DNA from: Cyclobacteriaceae bacterium
GTDB taxonomy: Bacteria; Bacteroidota; Bacteroidia; Cytophagales; Cyclobacteriaceae
NCBI GenBank assembly: GCA_025455465.1
Contig: JALOMI010000003.1
Span: 1,730-65,729 of the forward strand
Reading direction: 5' to 3'
Length of the DNA: 64,000 nucleotides
Positions 59,683-64,000 of the stretch are shown here, in pieces (the stretch's first letter is position 1; every line of letters begins with the position of its first letter). A model generated the notes under the pieces. It had not been told where the DNA came from, did no database searches, and saw nothing but the letters and a program-made list of their open reading frames with translations. The translations under genes and the position numbers were made by a program.

Positions 59683-61803
59683 TTATCCGATGTCAACACG
59701 CAGATCGAAGGGTTGCTTCTTCAGGCGTTTGCCGGTAGCCGCAAAAATAGCATTGGCTACTGCAGCACCCGTTGGCGGTAATCCGGGTTCACCGAGACCC
59801 TGCGGATGGGCATCGCTCTGGATAAAGCGCACTTCAATATCCGGAGTATCCTGGATGCGGATCATTTTGTAGCTGTTGAAGTTTTTCTGGTTCACAACCC
59901 CCTTGTCGAAGGTCAGTTCCCCATACAGTGCATGACCTAAGCCATCAATGATTCCGCCTTCAAGCTGCTTCTCAGCGCCAAGCGGGTTGATCACCCGGCC
60001 GCAATCCACCGCTGCATAGATCTTATGCACCTTAATTTTATTTCCGATAACGGAAACATCAGCCACCTGTGCTACATACGTGCCAAAGGAATAGTGAGCG
60101 CCAAAGCCCTTATAGATTCCGTTAACACCCTGCTTACCCCAGTTGCCCATTTCGGCTGCCAGTTTTACAACACCGATGTATTTATCCACATCATAGCCCA
60201 CACTTCCGGTTGGATTCTTCCGGGCGCGTTCGAGCAATTCCAAACGGAAGGCTACCGGGTCTTTGCCCAGTTCATGAGCAATTTCATCGATGAAACTTTC
60301 TTCTGTATAAGCAATGAAGTTATGGTTGGGTGCACGCCACGCACCGACCGTAATCTTTGACTGGTGATTGTGGCTGTCAACGCGGAAGTTCGGTACTGCG
60401 CCTGCAGGGAAGCTATTCTCACGGGCTGCATTTCCGGTATTGGTAGCTGCGGCATTCATATGCCAGCCGATAAGTTCTTTATTCGCGCTGATGGCAGCCC
60501 GGTATTTATATAATCCTGCCGGGCGATAGAAACCACCCTGCATATCGTCTTCTCTCGTCCACAATACCAGTACAGGTGCTTTCGCCAGTTTGGAAACCAT
60601 AGCAGCCTCTACGGAATAATCGGCTTGCAGTCTGCGACCAAAGCCACCGCCCTGATGCGACATGCCTACCGTAATTTTATCTTCGGCCAAGCCAATAGCA
60701 CGCGCTACATCTGAGCGCGTACGGGCAGGTGTTTGTGAAGGGCCGAACAGGTCGGCAGCATCATCACGCACATCCGCAAAGTAGCACATGGGTTCCATGG
60801 GTGCATGCGGAAGGAAAGGTGCCTCGAACGTGGTCTCCAGTATTTTGGCTGCGCCAGCAAAAGCCTGATCCACATCACCGTCATTGCGTTTGGGAGCATC
60901 GGATCTTTGCTGGATCATTTTCGCGAATGCATGCGTGTAATCGGATGTGCTTTCCAATGGAGCTTCATCTTCCCATTCGATCTTTAATGCATCACGGCCT
61001 TTCTTGGCGGCCCATGTTGAGGTTGCCAGTACCGCGATGGAACTGCCATGCTGCACAACATTTTTCACACCGATAACGGCCCGTGCGGCTTTATCGTCAA
61101 ACGACTTGAGTTTCTTGCCGAACGTTGGCCGTGCCAGCATCGCGTAAAGCATGCCTTCCCGCTTGATGTCGAAGCCATACTTGGCTTTTCCGGTGATGAT
61201 TCCTTTGTTGTCAACGCTCCGCTGACGGGTGCCAATGATTTTATAGTCAGCCGGATCTTTCAGTTTGATTTCTTTGGGTATTTCCAGCGTTGCGGCTGTG
61301 GAGGCTAACTCACCGTACGAAGCTTTTTTACCCGAGCCCGGATGTAAGACGAAGCCCTTATCTGTCCGGCATTCCGAGACGTTAACATTCCATTTTTTAG
61401 CGGCTGCTTCCAGCAGCATCTGGCGTGCAGCGGCTCCGCCTTTGCGGAAACTGTCCCAGCTGGAGCGTACGGCACCGCTGCCACCGGCCACCTGGCGTTC
61501 ATAGAGTTTGGTATTGAGCGGTGTTTGTTCAATCGCGATGGTGTTCCAGTCGACATCGAGTTCTTCCGCAACAATCATCGGCAAGGTAGTGCGAACACCT
61601 TGCCCCAGTTCGGGGTTGGGGGCGAGAATCGTAATCACCCCTTCTGCACTGATTTTAACATAGGCGTTAGGTTCAAACAATTCAGCTGCATCAGTCAGCA
61701 GATCTCCGGCAGCAGTAGCATGAAAACCAAGCATCAGTCCGCCACCAGCCAGTGAGGTCACCTTTAAAAAGGAACGTCTAGAGAGTGTTAAGGTATTGTT
61801 CAT
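59683..61803 (-). CDS. Molybdopterin-binding large subunit of an IorB-type (xanthine dehydrogenase family) oxidoreductase, Tat-exported
   Basis: Twin-arginine signal [16 protein letters not shown]. Conserved blocks are present: [14 protein letters not shown] and the C-terminal [19 protein letters not shown]. Its start overlaps the small-subunit stop (ATGA). Confidence 0.88.
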   Translation of the reverse strand: MNNTLTLSRRSFLKVTSLAGGGLMLGFHATAAGDLLTDAAELFEPNAYVKISAEGVITILAPNPELGQGVRTTLPMIVAEELDVDWNTIAIEQTPLNTKLYERQVAGGSGAVRSSWDSFRKGGAAARQMLLEAAAKKWNVNVSECRTDKGFVLHPGSGKKASYGELASTAATLEIPKEIKLKDPADYKIIGTRQRSVDNKGIITGKAKYGFDIKREGMLYAMLARPTFGKKLKSFDDKAARAVIGVKNVVQHGSSIAVLATSTWAAKKGRDALKIEWEDEAPLESTSDYTHAFAKMIQQRSDAPKRNDGDVDQAFAGAAKILETTFEAPFLPHAPMEPMCYFADVRDDAADLFGPSQTPARTRSDVARAIGLAEDKITVGMSHQGGGFGRRLQADYSVEAAMVSKLAKAPVLVLWTREDDMQGGFYRPAGLYKYRAAISANKELIGWHMNAAATNTGNAARENSFPAGAVPNFRVDSHNHQSKITVGAWRAPNHNFIAYTEESFIDEIAHELGKDPVAFRLELLERARKNPTGSVGYDVDKYIGVVKLAAEMGNWGKQGVNGIYKGFGAHYSFGTYVAQVADVSVIGNKIKVHKIYAAVDCGRVINPLGAEKQLEGGIIDGLGHALYGELTFDKGVVNQKNFNSYKMIRIQDTPDIEVRFIQSDAHPQGLGEPGLPPTGAAVANAIFAATGKRLKKQPFDLRVDIG

Positions 61804-62267
61804 TTCTTGCCTCCTTTCTCAGCGGCTAAGTGGATAGCCTTTTTAATTCGGTAATAGGTACCGCAGCGGCAGATGTGCCCGGCCATAGCCGTTTCAATCT
61901 CCGCATCAGTCGGATTGGGTTTGCGTGAAAGAAATGCAGCAGCAGTCATGATCTGTCCCGATTGGCAATAACCGCATTGCGGAACATCTTCTGCCTCCCA
62001 GGCCAACTGTACCGGATGAGAGCCGTCTTCCGAGAGCCCTTCGATGGTCGTAATCTTTCCGCTCGTAGCGGCTGAGACAGGGAGCGAACAGGATCGCACG
62101 GCATTACCGTTCAGGTGAACGGTGCAGGCACCGCACTGGGCTACACCGCAGCCATACTTGGTGCCGGTTAAACCGAGGTTGTCGCGCAACACCCACAGCA
62201 GCGGGGTGTCGGGGTCAACATCAACCGTGTGGGTCTTGTTGTTGACGGTAAGTTTGAATGTTGCCAT
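61800..62267 (-). CDS. (2Fe-2S)-binding small subunit of the IorA type
   Basis: I start it at the ATG at 62267 ([11 protein letters not shown]). Two 2Fe-2S clusters are present: [11 protein letters not shown] and [10 protein letters not shown]...CRCGTY. Confidence 0.9.
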   Translation of the reverse strand: MATFKLTVNNKTHTVDVDPDTPLLWVLRDNLGLTGTKYGCGVAQCGACTVHLNGNAVRSCSLPVSAATSGKITTIEGLSEDGSHPVQLAWEAEDVPQCGYCQSGQIMTAAAFLSRKPNPTDAEIETAMAGHICRCGTYYRIKKAIHLAAEKGGKK

Positions 62268-62331
62268 AATGCAATGGATTATCGGTGGATAAAAAAACCA
62301 CAACCTGACTGCAGGTTGTGGCGGCTAAATA

Positions 62332-62736
62332 TCATTTACGCACGGCTTTTACTTCGGCCGGTGTTACCGGAGCACCCTTGTTGCCCCACGAATTGCGGAT
62401 GTAGTTTAATACATCACTCACTTCTTCATCAGAAAGATCAAAGCCCGGCATTTCCATGTCGTATTTTTTTCCGTTCACGGTCATTTCGCCTTTGGCGCCT
62501 TTGATGATTTGAATGATGGAACGGTTCTTATCGGCCATCAGGTAATCGGATTTTGCCACAGGAGGATAAATACCTTCAATACCCTGGCCCTGGTCCATGT
62601 GGCAGGAGAGGCAGTAGCTAATGTAGATTTCTTCCCCGCGTTTCATGCTCGCTTTTAAATCGAATTGCTTTTGCTGAAAAGACGGAAGCGTGGCAATCGC
62701 TGCCGCGATACAGATGAGTACAATTACTTTTTTCAT
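62332..62736 (-). CDS. Monoheme class I c-type cytochrome, secreted
   Basis: Signal peptide and a single CLSCH heme-binding motif. A distal Met candidate lies in EMPGF. Length is 134 aa. Confidence 0.85.
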   Translation of the reverse strand: MKKVIVLICIAAAIATLPSFQQKQFDLKASMKRGEEIYISYCLSCHMDQGQGIEGIYPPVAKSDYLMADKNRSIIQIIKGAKGEMTVNGKKYDMEMPGFDLSDEEVSDVLNYIRNSWGNKGAPVTPAEVKAVRK

Positions 62737-62761
62737 GTTGCTATCAATCGTTACAAGTTTA

Positions 62762-64000
62762 TCAAACAGTGTCTAATGAAAAAGGAAGTTTTCGTATACG
62801 CTTACCAGTGAGATCGAAAATGGCATTGGTCAATGCCGGAGTAAATGGTGGCAATCCGGGTTCTCCAACACCGCCTGCCTTCTCGTCATTATCCATTACG
62901 TATACTTCGATTTCCGGTATCTCATGTATCCGCGGCATCTTATAGGTATCGAAATTTTTTTCAACGGCCATGCTGTTTTTAAAGGTGGTTTCGTGTTTGG
63001 TTGCCGCACCCAGCGCCATGACGATGCTGCCTTCCACCTGCGCCCTGATGATATCCGGGTTCACATACCATCCGCAATCCATCACGGCCCAGACTTTATC
63101 GATCTTGATACCGCCACTACTTTTGCGCGATACTTTCACTACTTCACCCACGATACTGGAGAAACATTCAGTAATAGCCACGCCATAACCTTCATTTTTC
63201 TTCCTTTGTTTCCATCCGCTCACCTCTTCCAGCTTGTCAATCAGGTGCTGGTACCGTTCTTCCCAGAGGTATTGCCTGCGGAATGCGAGCGGGTCTTGTC
63301 CGGCTTCAGCGGCCAGCTCATCGAAAAAACTTTCATACGCAAAGCCATTGGTGGAGGCATATACCGAACGCCACCACATCACCGGTATTGGTGATTCAAG
63401 CGGAGCATCGCCAAACGTGTAGTGCGGAATAGAGTTGAAATAGGGTTCGAGTAACCCTTCCGTAACGCTGTCGTTGTATCCCTTTCGGTCGGCACCGGGT
63501 TCCTGCTGCCCCATATTCTGCCCGGCCATTTTGGTTTCAAGCGCGGAGATACGTCCATTGTTCAGTCCTGCTGCGCAACGATAGACCATGCCCGGTCTGA
63601 AGGGACCGATTGTCATGTCGTCTTCGCGTGTCCAGACAATCTGAACAGGCGCTTTAATTTCTTTGGAAAGATAAGCCGCTTCATAGGTGTAGTCTGTGAA
63701 GGCTTTCCGGCCGAAGCCGCCACCGAGGAACGTCATATTCACGATTACTTTATCCATCGGCATCTTGAAGTGCGCGCTCAGATTACTTTGAATCCAGTCG
63801 GGTGCCTGAATGGGTCCCCAGATTTCAATTTTATCGTCTGTTACATGGGCCGTGCAATTCAGCGGCTCCATGCAGCTGTGCGATTCGTAGGGTGTTTCGT
63901 AGAAGTATTCCACTTTCTTTTCGGCCCGGGCAAACGCATCGCTGAAATTTCCTTTTGTGCGGTAGGAGATGATGTCGCCTTTCGCCATCTCGCGCATACG
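62762..64000 (-). CDS. C-terminal ~410 aa of a second IorB-type molybdopterin-binding subunit (5' end lies beyond the window)
   Basis: The frame is open to nt 64000. It is paralogous to 59683..61803: CMEPLNC / PMEPMCY, LGGGFGRKA / [27 protein letters not shown] / [19 protein letters not shown]. Confidence 0.85.
   Translation of the reverse strand, partial: RMREMAKGDIISYRTKGNFSDAFARAEKKVEYFYETPYESHSCMEPLNCTAHVTDDKIEIWGPIQAPDWIQSNLSAHFKMPMDKVIVNMTFLGGGFGRKAFTDYTYEAAYLSKEIKAPVQIVWTREDDMTIGPFRPGMVYRCAAGLNNGRISALETKMAGQNMGQQEPGADRKGYNDSVTEGLLEPYFNSIPHYTFGDAPLESPIPVMWWRSVYASTNGFAYESFFDELAAEAGQDPLAFRRQYLWEERYQHLIDKLEEVSGWKQRKKNEGYGVAITECFSSIVGEVVKVSRKSSGGIKIDKVWAVMDCGWYVNPDIIRAQVEGSIVMALGAATKHETTFKNSMAVEKNFDTYKMPRIHEIPEIEVYVMDNDEKAGGVGEPGLPPFTPALTNAIFDLTGKRIRKLPFSLDTV

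Noticed and set aside
1-64000. Searched for CRISPR repeats, tRNA/rRNA genes, IS elements, integrases, toxin-antitoxin pairs and defence-type ATPase, nuclease or RT genes.
   Set aside because: - No non-coding gap exceeds about 205 bp, and no spaced direct repeats were seen.
- Every ORF over 100 aa that is not a shadow ORF has a housekeeping, envelope or hydrolase-type identity, or is a repeat protein.
- Nothing supports a mobile or defence island.

Overview
This is a tightly packed, core-chromosome-like 64 kb segment from a Bacteroidota genome. The phylum is inferred from a 2395-aa SprA (T9SS translocon), two secreted proteins ending in T9SS C-terminal sorting domains, and TAnnTTTG-type -7 promoter boxes. 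I count about 48 protein genes, and the largest non-coding gap is about 205 bp. I saw no rRNA, tRNA, CRISPR array, transposase, integrase, phage or recognisable defence genes.

Gene content falls into five themes:
- Glycine, serine and threonine metabolism: gcvP, gcvH-lipA, divergent tdh/kbl, and an sdaAA alpha subunit.
- A 21-kb all-minus-strand array (15274-36447) with envelope and housekeeping genes: flippase, TPR-DUF4292-M23 triad, tatA, gatA, MltD-like LysM transglycosylase, lipoprotein, maeB, ruvA, sprA, gcvH, lipA.
- Many secreted hydrolases: two M28, D-aminoacylase, a beta-lactamase-fold hydrolase, S8, M57, an AP-superfamily phosphodiesterase and a BNR/Asp-box protein.
- folP-cdaA lying divergent from DUF1599-DoxX-aroK.
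- Tandem Ior-type molybdenum hydroxylase modules with a cytochrome c, plus a MocA-like gene.

I did not find a convincing defence-type or mobile novel system. The best candidate for something undescribed is a two-gene module at 47239-49933: a secreted, extremely Trp-rich low-complexity protein followed by a FadL/PorV-like outer-membrane barrel. A second candidate is an orphan polytopic histidine kinase translationally coupled to a small secreted CYFCG-motif protein, whose paralog sits about 1.4 kb away.

Sequence-level anomalies worth re-checking:
- gatA lacks about 23 codons, including the amidase-signature cis-Ser segment.
- maeB lacks the usual N-terminal ~25 residues and starts at TTG just after an in-frame TAA.
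- folP and the DUF1599 gene have overlapping divergent start codons (CATG).
- The S8 peptidase has Glu where the catalytic Asp aligns.

All family calls come from by-eye motif recognition. No searches or computations were run.
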